A DNA stretch of 62,643 nucleotides, the filler included. It is 8 parts of 8 records of this genome, joined end to end, with 100 filler letters (N's around TTAATTAATTAA, not from the genome) between each part and the next. Parts side by side here need not be neighbours in the genome. Positions count along the whole stretch, not along the records: positions 41,609 to 48,867 come from SRR2962707_5427; positions 48,968 to 54,626 come from SRR2962707_5429; 6 more parts are not named here. One strand, 5' to 3'. A program made the translations under genes and the position numbers. This document shows, in pieces, positions 41,868-52,000 of this stretch; position 1 is the stretch's first letter, and each line of letters starts with the position of its first letter. The notes under the pieces were generated by a model that did no database searches, was not told where the DNA came from, and saw only the letters and a list, made by a program, of their open reading frames with translations.

Positions 41868-41934
41868 ACTGATGTAAACACTGATATGACACCTGATCGC
41901 ATAACTGATTGTATCAGTTTTGTAAGTTACTGAT
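41868..41934. promoter_or_regulatory. Candidate GntR-family operator array
   Basis: (A/C)CTGAT at 41868, 41880, 41892, 41904 and 41929, plus the palindrome AACTGAT-tgt-ATCAGTT at 41903-41919 in the divergent promoter region. Confidence 0.65.
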
Positions 41935-41949
41935 TTATTGGAGGAATAC

Positions 41950-42864
41950 GTGTCGAATTCAGATCTGAGCGGGATTATTTCGGCCGTAACCACCCCGGTT
42001 ACAGAGACCTTTGACATTGATGGTGGCCGCCTGGCTCAGCATTGCGAGCGACTGCTCAACAGCGGATGCAGCTTCGTGTCGACCTTCGGTACTACCGGCG
42101 AGGGTGCGTCGCTTTCGAGCGCCCAGAAGATTCCGGCGATGCGCGCGCTCAAGGCTGCGGGCGCCGAGATGTCCAGGCATATTCCATCGGTGATGACGCC
42201 AACGGCCGACGAGGCCGGAGCGATGATTGCAGCGGCAGCCGAGCTGGGTTGCCGCGGCGTGCTGGTGCTGCCGCCGTTCTACTATGACTTTGCGAGCGAC
42301 GATGGCATTGTGGCCTTTATCGATGAGGCAATGCGCCGGGCGGGTCGCCCTGACATCGACATCCTGCTCTACAATATCCCGCGATTCAGCCGCTTTACCT
42401 ATACTCCTGAGCTGATCGACATGCTGGTGGCCAAGTTTGGCAGCGCCATTGTCGGGCTCAAGGACTCCACCGGTGTGGCCGAGAACGGCAAGATGCTGGC
42501 GCAGCGCTATCCGGACCTGTCGATCTTTACCGGCGATGACCGGGTAATGCCCTCGCTGGTGCAGGCCGGTGGCGCCGGCATGATCGGCGGCATGCCCAAT
42601 GTATTCTCGGCCGATTTGCGCAAGATCTATGAAGCACCCGGCGCCGCCGAGACCGAAGATCTGCGCAAGCGCGCCGGGCAGCGGATTGTAACGGTGGATG
42701 GCAATGGCAGCATGCTTGCGCTCAAGGCAACGCTTGCCGCAGTCTATGACGACCCATCCTGGGCCCGCGCCGTACCACCACTGCTCGGGTTGAACGCGGC
42801 ACAGACCGCGACCGTCCTCTCGGAATTCGCCGAAACAGGGTTTGTGCCGACCAAAGCTGCCTAG
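41950..42864 (+). CDS. DHDPS/NanA-family (class I) aldolase or dehydratase
   Basis: AVTTP, FGTTGEG, VLPPFYY, LLYNIP and Schiff-base GLKDS. GTG start after GGAGG. Confidence 0.92.
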   Translation: MSNSDLSGIISAVTTPVTETFDIDGGRLAQHCERLLNSGCSFVSTFGTTGEGASLSSAQKIPAMRALKAAGAEMSRHIPSVMTPTADEAGAMIAAAAELGCRGVLVLPPFYYDFASDDGIVAFIDEAMRRAGRPDIDILLYNIPRFSRFTYTPELIDMLVAKFGSAIVGLKDSTGVAENGKMLAQRYPDLSIFTGDDRVMPSLVQAGGAGMIGGMPNVFSADLRKIYEAPGAAETEDLRKRAGQRIVTVDGNGSMLALKATLAAVYDDPSWARAVPPLLGLNAAQTATVLSEFAETGFVPTKAA

Positions 42865-42902
42865 GCAGTCCGCAGAGCAACGCGGCAAAGGAGGAGTTGC
42901 CC

Positions 42903-43586
42903 ATGGCGTATGCCCGCGCTCGAGAAACAGACGCCCGTCGTTCGCTACCTTCAGTCAAGAAGGCGGCATACGACACGTTTCAGCAGGCGCTGTTGCAGGG
43001 CAAGCTGCGCCCCGGGCAGGTTCTGTCACAGAAGGACCTGGTAGTCCTTCTGGATCTGTCGATCGGTGCCCTGCGCGAATTGCTGCCGCGGCTGGAAGCC
43101 GAAGGGCTGCTGCACGTCATGCCCCAGCGCGGCATCCAGATCACGGTAATCGATCTGCCGATGATCAGGGACGCGTTTCAGGTGCGTCTGGCGTTCGAAC
43201 GCGAAGCGGTGCTGGCGGCGGTCAAGAACATGCCGGAAGCTCCGCTACGCGAGCAGCGCGACCTTCATGCGGGCATTGTTGAACGTCTCAAGGCTGGGCC
43301 GAGCGCGGCCCTGCTTGATGAGGGGCAGGATGTGGACACCCACTTCCATGACCTGCTGATCTCGGCGACGGAAAACGAACTGTTGATCCAAGCCTATCAC
43401 GTCAATTCCATCCGAATCCGGCTGATCAAGCTTGATCGCATCCGCTTGAGCGAGACGACCCTGCCCGCAGCCTTTGGTGACCATCTGGCTGTGATCGATG
43501 CCATGCTGGAGCGAGACCGTCAGAAGGCCGCCGACGCCATGGAAGCCCATATTCGCAACGCCCGTGAGCGGGCAATCGCCCTTTAG
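42903..43586 (+). CDS. GntR-family (FCD) transcriptional regulator
   Basis: GKLRPGQVLSQKDL..ALRELLPRLEAEGLL..PQRG winged HTH, and FCD motifs DTHFH, DHLAVIDA and MEAHI. Confidence 0.93.
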   Translation: MAYARARETDARRSLPSVKKAAYDTFQQALLQGKLRPGQVLSQKDLVVLLDLSIGALRELLPRLEAEGLLHVMPQRGIQITVIDLPMIRDAFQVRLAFEREAVLAAVKNMPEAPLREQRDLHAGIVERLKAGPSAALLDEGQDVDTHFHDLLISATENELLIQAYHVNSIRIRLIKLDRIRLSETTLPAAFGDHLAVIDAMLERDRQKAADAMEAHIRNARERAIAL

Positions 43587-43592
43587 GCCGTT

Positions 43593-46325
43593 ATGACCAA
43601 TCTCAAGCCAATCGATCTGCGCTGCGAACTGCTCGCCGCGCCCAAAGGACTGAACACGCCTTACCCCCGTTTTGGCTGGGGACTGAGCGCGGAAGGCGAT
43701 GGTGCACGACAGAGCGCTTATGAAATCTGCGTTGGCGATGAAGAGGCAGACGTTGCCAGGGGGATCGGCAATTATTGGCAGAGTGGTCAGACCGCTTCGA
43801 GCGAAACGCTGTTCATTACCTATGCCGGCAACCCGCTGAAGTCTGATCTGACACTCTACTGGTCGGTGCGCGTCTGGGATGAAACCAGCGAACCTTCAGC
43901 CTGGAGTGCGCCCCTTAGTTTGATGACCGGACTGATGGCCCGCAGCGACTGGGACGCAGAATGGATCGCGCGCTATTTCGTGCTGCCAGCCGGCCGCGAG
44001 GCACCTGCAGACGATCTCTATGACAATCCCTGGCAAGCACGGCCCGCGGACTATTTGCGGCGCGAGTTTGACGCCCGGGGACCGGTGGTGCGGGCCACGG
44101 CCTATGTCACGGCACTCGGACTCTATGAGCTCTATCTCAATGGTACGCGCGTGGGCGACGAGGTGATGGCACCGGGCTGGACCGATTACCATCAACGCGT
44201 CATTTACCAGGCCCATGACGTTACCGATCTAATCGGAGCGGGCCAGAATGCTATCGGCGCCATAATCGGTGAGGGCTGGTATTCAGGTCGGGTGGGGCAC
44301 AATCAGCGCCGCGCCGGCAATCACTATGGCGGCCGGCCAGCGCTCCTGTGTCAATTGCACCTGACCTATGCCGATGGCAGCGTAGAGCGCGTCGCTACCG
44401 ATCCATCCTGGCGGACCAGCCGCGGGCCCGTCTGCTATTCCGATTTCCTGATGGGCGAACATTATGACGCCCGGCTGGACATGCCCGGCTGGGCCATTGC
44501 CGGATTTGACGACACGCGCTGGCAGCCGGTCGAAGCCTTTTCCCCCGAGCCCCGCGAGCCCGTACTGAGCGCCGCCAAGAGCCAGCCCGTCAGGGAAGTG
44601 GCGCGTCTGGACGGGCGCTATTTGCACCGCGCCAAGTCTGGCGCTGCAATCTTTGATTTCGGGCAGAATTTTGCCGGCTATGTCGAACTCACGGTTCAGG
44701 CCCGACGCAACGATCGCTTCACGCTGCGCCATGCAGAAATCCTTGATGGCGACGGCGAACTCTACACGGCCAATCTGCGCCATGCCGTGTGCGTTGATCA
44801 CTTTACGGCAGCAGGTACGGGCAGTGAGCGTTTCAAGCCGCGCTTCACCTTTCACGGCTTCCGCTACCTCGAATTGACACTGCCCGAGGGCGTGGTGCTG
44901 GACGACGTCACTGTGACGGGTATCGCCATTCAATCCGACACGCCTCAAAGCGGCCAGCTGGAAACGGGCAACGCGCTGGTCAATCAGTTAATCTCCAATA
45001 TCGAATGGAGCCAACGCGGCAATTTCCTTTCGGTGCCAACCGACTGTCCCCAGCGTGATGAGCGGCTGGGCTGGAGCGCCGATGCGCAGGTATTCTGGCG
45101 TACGGCCGGCTACAACATGGACGTGGCGGGTTTTTTGGCCAAGTGGTTCGACGACATCACCGACGCGCAATTGCCCGATGGTGCCTTTACCGACATTGCG
45201 CCATCGCGCCCGCTCAACCCCTATAAGCAATCGGCACAACCGGGTGCGCCCGGCTGGGGCGACGGGCCGATCATAATGGCGTGGCAGCACTATCTGCGCT
45301 ATGGCGACGCCGGATTGCTGAGCGCGGTCTATCCGGCGCTGCAACGCTGGATGACTCATATTGGCGGGGCCAATCCCGACTTCATCCGCACCCAGAATGT
45401 CTACAATAATTACGGCGACTGGCTTAGCGTCGGCCCGGCTTCAGACCGTACCATGGTGGCCACCGCCTATTGGGTTCTGGTTGCCGATCTGATGGCCAAA
45501 ATCGCAACGGTGCTGGGCAAAGACAGCGATCACGCTGACTATTCGGGTCTGGCGCAGGATGTGCGGCGCGCCTTTCGTACGGCCTTCGTGGCCGAGAATG
45601 GGCGCATCAGCAGCGACACGCAAACAGCCTACCTGCTGGCGCTTGATTTCGATCTGCTGCCGGCAACGCAACGCGCAAGCGCTGCGGCACGCCTGATCGA
45701 CAAGCTCGACGCAGCCAATGGACATCTGCAAACCGGGTTCCTGGGGGTCAAACATCTGTGCCCGGTTCTGACCGATATCGGGCGGGCTGATTACGCCTAT
45801 CGACTGCTTTTGAACGAGAGCTACCCCAGTTGGGGCTTCTCGATCCGGCAGGGTGCCACCACGATCTGGGAACGCTGGGATGGCTGGACGCCAGAGCGCG
45901 GTTTCCAGAGCGCCAATATGAATTCATTCAATCACTACGCCTATGGCGCAGTGGGCGAATGGCTCTATGCCCGCATGGCCGGTATCGACTGGGAAGCATC
46001 GGCGCCCGGTTTCCGTACCATCCGCATGCGCCCGCTATTTGAGCGCGAGATCGGCTGGGTCAAAGCCGCCTATCGTGCCGCTACGGGCGTGGTGGAGAGC
46101 GCCTGGCGTTATGATGGCGATACGATCATCTGGAGCATTGCCGTGCCGCCCAATTGCCGGGCCGAAATCGAGCTTGCCGATGGGCCCGACAACATCGCCA
46201 TCGATGGTGTGCCGCTGGCCATCAGCGCTTCCGAGCACCTTTTCGATCAGCAGACCACACGATTTGCCCTCGATAGCGGGCGCTTCACTATTTCCATTTC
46301 CCTACCGCAAGGTATCGCAGCATGA
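43593..46325 (+). CDS. Alpha-L-rhamnosidase, GH78, no signal peptide
   Basis: PRFGW, TALGLYELYLNG, PGWTDY, DFGQN, FTFHGFRY, PTDCPQRDERLGWSADAQ, GATTIWERW and NSFNHYAYG. Confidence 0.96.
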   Translation: MTNLKPIDLRCELLAAPKGLNTPYPRFGWGLSAEGDGARQSAYEICVGDEEADVARGIGNYWQSGQTASSETLFITYAGNPLKSDLTLYWSVRVWDETSEPSAWSAPLSLMTGLMARSDWDAEWIARYFVLPAGREAPADDLYDNPWQARPADYLRREFDARGPVVRATAYVTALGLYELYLNGTRVGDEVMAPGWTDYHQRVIYQAHDVTDLIGAGQNAIGAIIGEGWYSGRVGHNQRRAGNHYGGRPALLCQLHLTYADGSVERVATDPSWRTSRGPVCYSDFLMGEHYDARLDMPGWAIAGFDDTRWQPVEAFSPEPREPVLSAAKSQPVREVARLDGRYLHRAKSGAAIFDFGQNFAGYVELTVQARRNDRFTLRHAEILDGDGELYTANLRHAVCVDHFTAAGTGSERFKPRFTFHGFRYLELTLPEGVVLDDVTVTGIAIQSDTPQSGQLETGNALVNQLISNIEWSQRGNFLSVPTDCPQRDERLGWSADAQVFWRTAGYNMDVAGFLAKWFDDITDAQLPDGAFTDIAPSRPLNPYKQSAQPGAPGWGDGPIIMAWQHYLRYGDAGLLSAVYPALQRWMTHIGGANPDFIRTQNVYNNYGDWLSVGPASDRTMVATAYWVLVADLMAKIATVLGKDSDHADYSGLAQDVRRAFRTAFVAENGRISSDTQTAYLLALDFDLLPATQRASAAARLIDKLDAANGHLQTGFLGVKHLCPVLTDIGRADYAYRLLLNESYPSWGFSIRQGATTIWERWDGWTPERGFQSANMNSFNHYAYGAVGEWLYARMAGIDWEASAPGFRTIRMRPLFEREIGWVKAAYRAATGVVESAWRYDGDTIIWSIAVPPNCRAEIELADGPDNIAIDGVPLAISASEHLFDQQTTRFALDSGRFTISISLPQGIAA

Positions 46326-48730
46326 CCTCTTCCGCCGATGGCAATCAGCCTCTTCTCCACCTGATCGGCAATGCCCATCTGGATCCGGTCTGGTTGTGGC
46401 GCTGGCAGGAAGGGTGCGCCGAAGCTATCGGCACCTGCTGGGCGGCCATCGAGAGGCTGGAAGAGGGTGACGGCTTTGTCTTCACCAAGGGCGAAGCGCA
46501 TATCTACGCCTGGATCGAGGAATTTGACCCTGCGCTGTTCGCGCGCATTCAGCACTTTGTCGCCGAAAAGCGCTGGGTGGTGGTCAATGGTTGGTGGATC
46601 CAGCCGGACTGCAACATCCCATCGGGTGAATCGGTGATCCGACAGGCTCTGTACGGCAAGCGGTATTTTGCCGAGAAATTCGGTGTCTCCGTTCCCACTG
46701 GCTACAATGTCGACAGCTTCGGACACCCCAGCACCTTCCCCATGCTGCTCCAACATACCGGCTCGACCAGCTACAGCTTCATGCGCCCGGGCCCCCATGA
46801 AATGGACCTGCCTGCCGAGCTGTTCACCTGGGCTTCGCCGGACGGCTCCGAAGTCACCGCCTTTCGCATTCAGGGGGCCTACAACACCTCCAAGCGCGAA
46901 ATGCCGCTGCCCCAAAAGATCGATCTGCATCAGCGAAAAATCGCCGAGAGCGGCCATGCCTTCATGTGCTTTTATGGCGTGGGCAATCATGGCGGCGCGC
47001 CAACAATCGAGAACATTGAAGAGATCGAACGCCGTCTGGTCGCCGGCGAGAACCTCAAGTTCTCCGACCCGGAGACTTTCTTTGACGAAGTGCCCAAGAC
47101 AGGCCTGCCCGTAGTCGCGAGCGCGCTGCAGTTTCATGCCATTGGCTGCTACGCGGTGGCCTCCTCGCTCAAGACGCTCAACCGCAAGGCTGAAAGCCTG
47201 CTCGAGCAGGCCGAGGCCGCCGCCGCGCTGGCGAGCCGCGAATGCAGTGTGGCCTATCCCCGACAGGATTTCGAAATGCTGTGGCGGCGCCTGCTGTTCA
47301 ATCAGTTTCACGACACGCTGGGCGGCACGAGCCTTGAAAGTGCGTGCGTGGATTCCGAGCGCGAGCTGAACTGGGTGATTGCCGGCGCCGAGGACCTGCT
47401 CAACGGCGCTGTCCGCCGGCTGGGCAACATCATTGCTCGCCCCGTAGATCCGACCGACTCAACCTTTTTGGTGATGAACTTCAACGGCAGCCCGGCTCGC
47501 GGTCTGGTCGAAGCCGAGCCGTGGGTGGACAAGGACAATGTTTCGCGCCGTGTGCTGCTGGACGAGACGGGCGCGTCGATCCCGTTCCAGTATAGTGACC
47601 CTCATGGCAAGACGACGGCGCTGCAACGCATCACCTTCCCGATCGACCTGCCGGCCTATGGCTATCGGGTGCTCCGTTTCCGCGTTGATGCCGACAAGGG
47701 TATCTCAGCGCCGGGCGTCAGCTTTGGCGTACGCAGCCAGACACTGAGCTTCGACACCAATGGCTACGGGCTGACAATTGACCCGGAAAGGGGCGCTATT
47801 TCGCGGCTGGTGAACAAGGCCAATGGCGTCGCGCTATTTGCCGAGGCTGGACATCAGGCAATTATCGTCGAGGACGCGACCGACACCTGGAGCCACGGCA
47901 CGGATCGCTTTGGTTTTGCTGGCGCGGCGATGCAATTGCAGTCGGTTTCCACTATCGAGGCGGGACCGGTCCGCACGGTGGTCAAGGTGGTCAGCACCTG
48001 CAAGGACAGCACGCTGAGCACGATCATCGTGCTCCCTGAGGATGGCGCCCTGCCCGTGCAATTGCGCGTGCATCTCGATTGGCGCCACAAGCGCCATCTG
48101 CTTCGCCTGGCCTATCCGCTGGCGGCGACACGCTTTGAATATGAAGTGGCCGCCGGCTGGGAAGACAATGCTGATGACGGGCGCGAAATTGCCGGCCAAC
48201 GCTGGGTACGCGCCAGCGCTAAAGGGCACGACATCGCCATCGTCAACGACGCCAAATACTCCTACGCGGCGCAGGATGGCACGCTCTACATCACAGCGGT
48301 GCGGGCGCCGGTCTTTGCCCACCACGACCCGGTCGAACTCGAACCCGACGCCCATTACCGCTTTATGGATCAGGGCGAGCAGGCCTTCACCATTGAACTG
48401 TTCGGCGCGCCCAGGATCAGCCGTCAGCAGGCGGCAACCATGGCTGACCTCCTGAACAAGCCCGTGATCACTACGCCGCACGTTGCGCGCACGGGTACAC
48501 GGGCGCATGCCGGGCAATGGCTGGCGGTCGACAGCCAATCAAGCGCCGTGGGCACCTTGAAGCTGGCCGAAGACAGCGACGATTTGATTATCCGGGCGGT
48601 CGAACTGAATGGTCAGGCCGACACGCTGGCCGTCGCCGGCCAGACAACAGCGATATCCCCACGAGGCATCACCACCGCCCGCCTGAGCGCCACCGGCCTA
48701 CAGCGCGCAACGGGTCTGGAAGAAATCTAA
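46322..48730 (+). CDS. Alpha-mannosidase-like glycoside hydrolase, GH38, no signal peptide
   Basis: HLIGNAHLDPVWLW, QPDCNIPSGESVIRQ, VDSFGH, YGVGNHGG and FNQFHDTLGG. ATGA overlap with the GH78 gene. Confidence 0.95.
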   Translation: MTSSADGNQPLLHLIGNAHLDPVWLWRWQEGCAEAIGTCWAAIERLEEGDGFVFTKGEAHIYAWIEEFDPALFARIQHFVAEKRWVVVNGWWIQPDCNIPSGESVIRQALYGKRYFAEKFGVSVPTGYNVDSFGHPSTFPMLLQHTGSTSYSFMRPGPHEMDLPAELFTWASPDGSEVTAFRIQGAYNTSKREMPLPQKIDLHQRKIAESGHAFMCFYGVGNHGGAPTIENIEEIERRLVAGENLKFSDPETFFDEVPKTGLPVVASALQFHAIGCYAVASSLKTLNRKAESLLEQAEAAAALASRECSVAYPRQDFEMLWRRLLFNQFHDTLGGTSLESACVDSERELNWVIAGAEDLLNGAVRRLGNIIARPVDPTDSTFLVMNFNGSPARGLVEAEPWVDKDNVSRRVLLDETGASIPFQYSDPHGKTTALQRITFPIDLPAYGYRVLRFRVDADKGISAPGVSFGVRSQTLSFDTNGYGLTIDPERGAISRLVNKANGVALFAEAGHQAIIVEDATDTWSHGTDRFGFAGAAMQLQSVSTIEAGPVRTVVKVVSTCKDSTLSTIIVLPEDGALPVQLRVHLDWRHKRHLLRLAYPLAATRFEYEVAAGWEDNADDGREIAGQRWVRASAKGHDIAIVNDAKYSYAAQDGTLYITAVRAPVFAHHDPVELEPDAHYRFMDQGEQAFTIELFGAPRISRQQAATMADLLNKPVITTPHVARTGTRAHAGQWLAVDSQSSAVGTLKLAEDSDDLIIRAVELNGQADTLAVAGQTTAISPRGITTARLSATGLQRATGLEEI

Positions 48731-48837
48731 CCCCGACACACTGCGTCGAGCTCACGTGCATCCCGCCACAACAGGCGGGGGCACGACGTGCCGCGGCGCA
48801 GCAGACGGCGACCTAAACTTCTGAATAAACAGGGAAA

Positions 48838-48867
48838 TGGCGGAGAGAAAGGGATTCGAACCCTTGA
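48838..48867 (-). tRNA. 3' end of tRNA-Ser, truncated by the contig end
   Basis: Minus strand TCAAGGGTTCGAATCCCTTTCTCTCCGCCA gives the T-arm, the Ser-type CTCTCCG acceptor end and an encoded CCA. Confidence 0.85.
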
Positions 48868-48967
48868 NNNNNNNNNNNNNNNNNNNNNNNNNNNNNNNNN
48901 NNNNNNNNNNNTTAATTAATTAANNNNNNNNNNNNNNNNNNNNNNNNNNNNNNNNNNNNNNNNNNNN
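48868..48967. other. Artificial contig-joining spacer 6
   Basis: Same N44-TTAATTAATTAA-N44 structure. Confidence 0.99.
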
Positions 48968-49068
48968 AGTCGAGTTGAGTTGAGAGCTGAGTTGAGTTGA
49001 GGTTGAATTCGAGTTCAGGAGATGTGCTGCTGACTGCGATTGCCACTCGCCCCCTTCCTCCCCCCACA

Positions 49069-52000
49069 ATGCTCCGCTTTTCATTCGTCCGGAATGCAAC
49101 GGAAGGCTACCGACGGGTATTTCGGCACAGCAGCAGCAGCAGCCGCGGCCCTTGCAACCGCTACCAGCTCTTGACTCGTCCTTTGGTTTCGACGACGACA
49201 GCGTCCACACCTTTTCATTCTTCTGCAACTTCTGCTGCCACCCGCGCTGCCAACAACTTTCGCCTTCAGCGAGTGCGGATGTTCGCGAGTGGATCTACTG
49301 GGTCGAGCGAGAATGATGCCAATGATGACAATGATGGCGATAGCGACCTTGACAGCGCAGCAACCACCGACGTTAAGCATGCAGCGACGGGCGCCTCCGC
49401 TTCTGGTGCAGCGAAGCAGAACCCTTTGCTGGACGTCAACCTCCGTGACCTGGGGGTGACTGTAATACGAGACCGCTATCAGGCGAAGCGAGCGCTGGCC
49501 AAGTTGATGGCGCTGCCAAAGGATACAGTCCATGCCTGCGATACAGAGGTGGCAGGTGAGTGAGCAAGCTGGCTGTGATTCAACCCCTGCAACGTATTGA
49601 TCCCACGTACGTCAATAATGGCGCAACGGACGTGGTTGTGCGTCTGTGCATGTGGGTGGATGTGGACAGGTATCGACCTTCAGAAGCAGAGTCCGGTCGG
49701 CAATGGCGTCGTCACGTGCGCCTCCGTGTACTGTGGGCCAGATGTAGACTTTGGATCGGGACCTTGCCTGTGGATTGACAACCTCGACCGCGCGGAAGGA
49801 GTGCTGGATGTATTTGAACCGTACTTTGCTGATCCAGATATCAAGATGGTTTGGCACAATTACAGCTTTGATCGGCACGTCCTTTACAACCACGGCATCG
49901 ACTGTCAAGGTTCGAGCGCACGTGCCATGTCCGGTGTGCATTGAAAAGGCGAGCGACAGGCCTTTGCTCGCACATGTTGAGCAGCGCCCGTATTGCCATT
50001 GTTTAACACCCTGGTACGCTCCCATGCTTGCATGCTTGACAACTGTCTCATGGACAGGATTTGCCGGTGATACGATGCACATGGGGCGTTTGTGGGACAC
50101 TGCCCGTGCCGGCCGTGGTGGATACTCGTTGGAAGCACTATCAGGAGCCTTGCTCAAGTAGGTGGAACCACGACGCTGTGTGTTAATGGTTGATGACTGC
50201 AGTGCGTTTTTCTTTTTCTTTTCTTCGTGCCTCCTTATCTTTTCGCGTGTTTTACTTCCTCGCCAATGACATCTTGCCAGGTACCCAAAGACTGGCATGA
50301 AGGCGATATTCGGACGGCGGCATATCAAGAAGGACGGCACGGAGGGGAAGTTGGTGACCCTTCCAGGAGTTTTGGATTTGCAGCGGGGAGACGACACGCG
50401 AGACGCCTGGATTCACTATTCGTGTCTTGATGCAAAAGCAACGTGGGAGGTCAGTTGACAAACAAGGCGCGTCATGCTTTTCAAGCGATGCGGTACTTGG
50501 GGCGATTGACATAGATTTCGTTCTGTTTGCACCTCGTGCTTGCGTTCGTATGGTCACATGTTTCAAACACAGCTGCACAAGGAGCTGTCTCGACGCCTGC
50601 GCCGAGTGCCGTGGAACACTGCCACAAATCAAAACATGCTGGACTTTTACGAAATGTACATCGTTCCTTTCGCCAAATGTCTAACGGACATGGAAAGGGA
50701 AGGCATCATGGTGAACATGGAGTACGTGGCTCGTGGCTGCAGCAATGGGGATTGGTTTTTGTGAGGCAAACATGGTTGATTGTTGTCGTAATGCACTTGA
50801 GAAGTTGGCATGCGACCTGTGGTAACGCTTGCATTTTCTTTTGTCGACAACCTTAGGTACCTGAAGCAAATTGAGGGCCGCGCCATCGAAGACAAAAAGG
50901 CATACGAATCGACCTTCAGAAACTGGGCAAGTTTAAGCGACTTGAGTGCTGTCGTTCCTGCCTCTGCGCACCATACGCACGTACAGTTTATTGGATGAGC
51001 ATGTGGACGTGCACTTTTCTGCCCAGGTCGCTTCGTTTGACCCCGCAGTGGCGCAAGATATGAACATCAACAGCGCGACACAAATTCAGCAGCTGCTGTT
51101 TGCACCTTGCGAGAACAAAAAGAAGAAGGAAACGATGCCACGTGTCCGCGCCTTTGACGTACGTGGCAGCGTGTTGATTTTTTGCTTGCACTGTTGCGGC
51201 GCGCTCAGCGTTGATTTGAAAAGCCTTGTGGGCAATGTGTTCTCAGGTTCCAAATACGGAAGGGATAATTGAAGAAGGCAAGACAAAAGCCCTCAAGAAC
51301 CGCAGCATGCACATTACTGGTCTGCTTTGCTGCCGCGTCCTAAGTCTAGATTCTGTTCTGGTATGGCTAGCAGCCATACTTCACTTGCGTCACATTGCAT
51401 CACAACTAAAGCTGTTCGGAAATTGTTTTTCGTGAATCGCAGGACTTGGGCTGACCCCCATTGCCTTCACAGCGTCTCATTGGTACGCGGCTGTGCGCTG
51501 CTGCTGCAATTGTGTTTTTTTAGTTGCGGCCCTTTTTCTGTCACTGCCTCTGAGTCATTACAAGCTGTGACCATGAAGCTGGCTTTGACGCGTGTGTATC
51601 ACGTTTATTTTACGTTGTGCTGATCCTCTCGCCATCAAGGCCATCTACATCTGCTGCAGTGCTGAGGGAGCTGGCAGGATCCCCTAAAGATGGAAACTTC
51701 GGGCCAGCATTCGAACATTTTGCAGCGTTGGGCAATTCGCGCGAAGCAGGCGAGCAGGTCCGTGAAAAAAAATTCCCAACGCCAAGACTTCTTGTGTCGC
51801 TAGTTTCGGCTTTTTCAGTACACCTGATGTTCACGCAGTGCGTGCGCGGTTGATGGCATTGTTGGCGCAGGCTTGTGTGGCCATCGATGCACTCTGCTCT
51901 GCAGGCGCAGTGGACACGCTCCTTTCGTCTTTTATCCTTCCGCTGCAAACGCAAGGGGACAAGGACAACCGCATCCATTGCTCCCTGAACCTCAACACGG

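Noticed and set aside
48968..49012. (AGTTG)n run as telomeric repeat
   Set aside because: It is a short imperfect pentamer microsatellite immediately upstream of a gene, like the other contig-end repeats.
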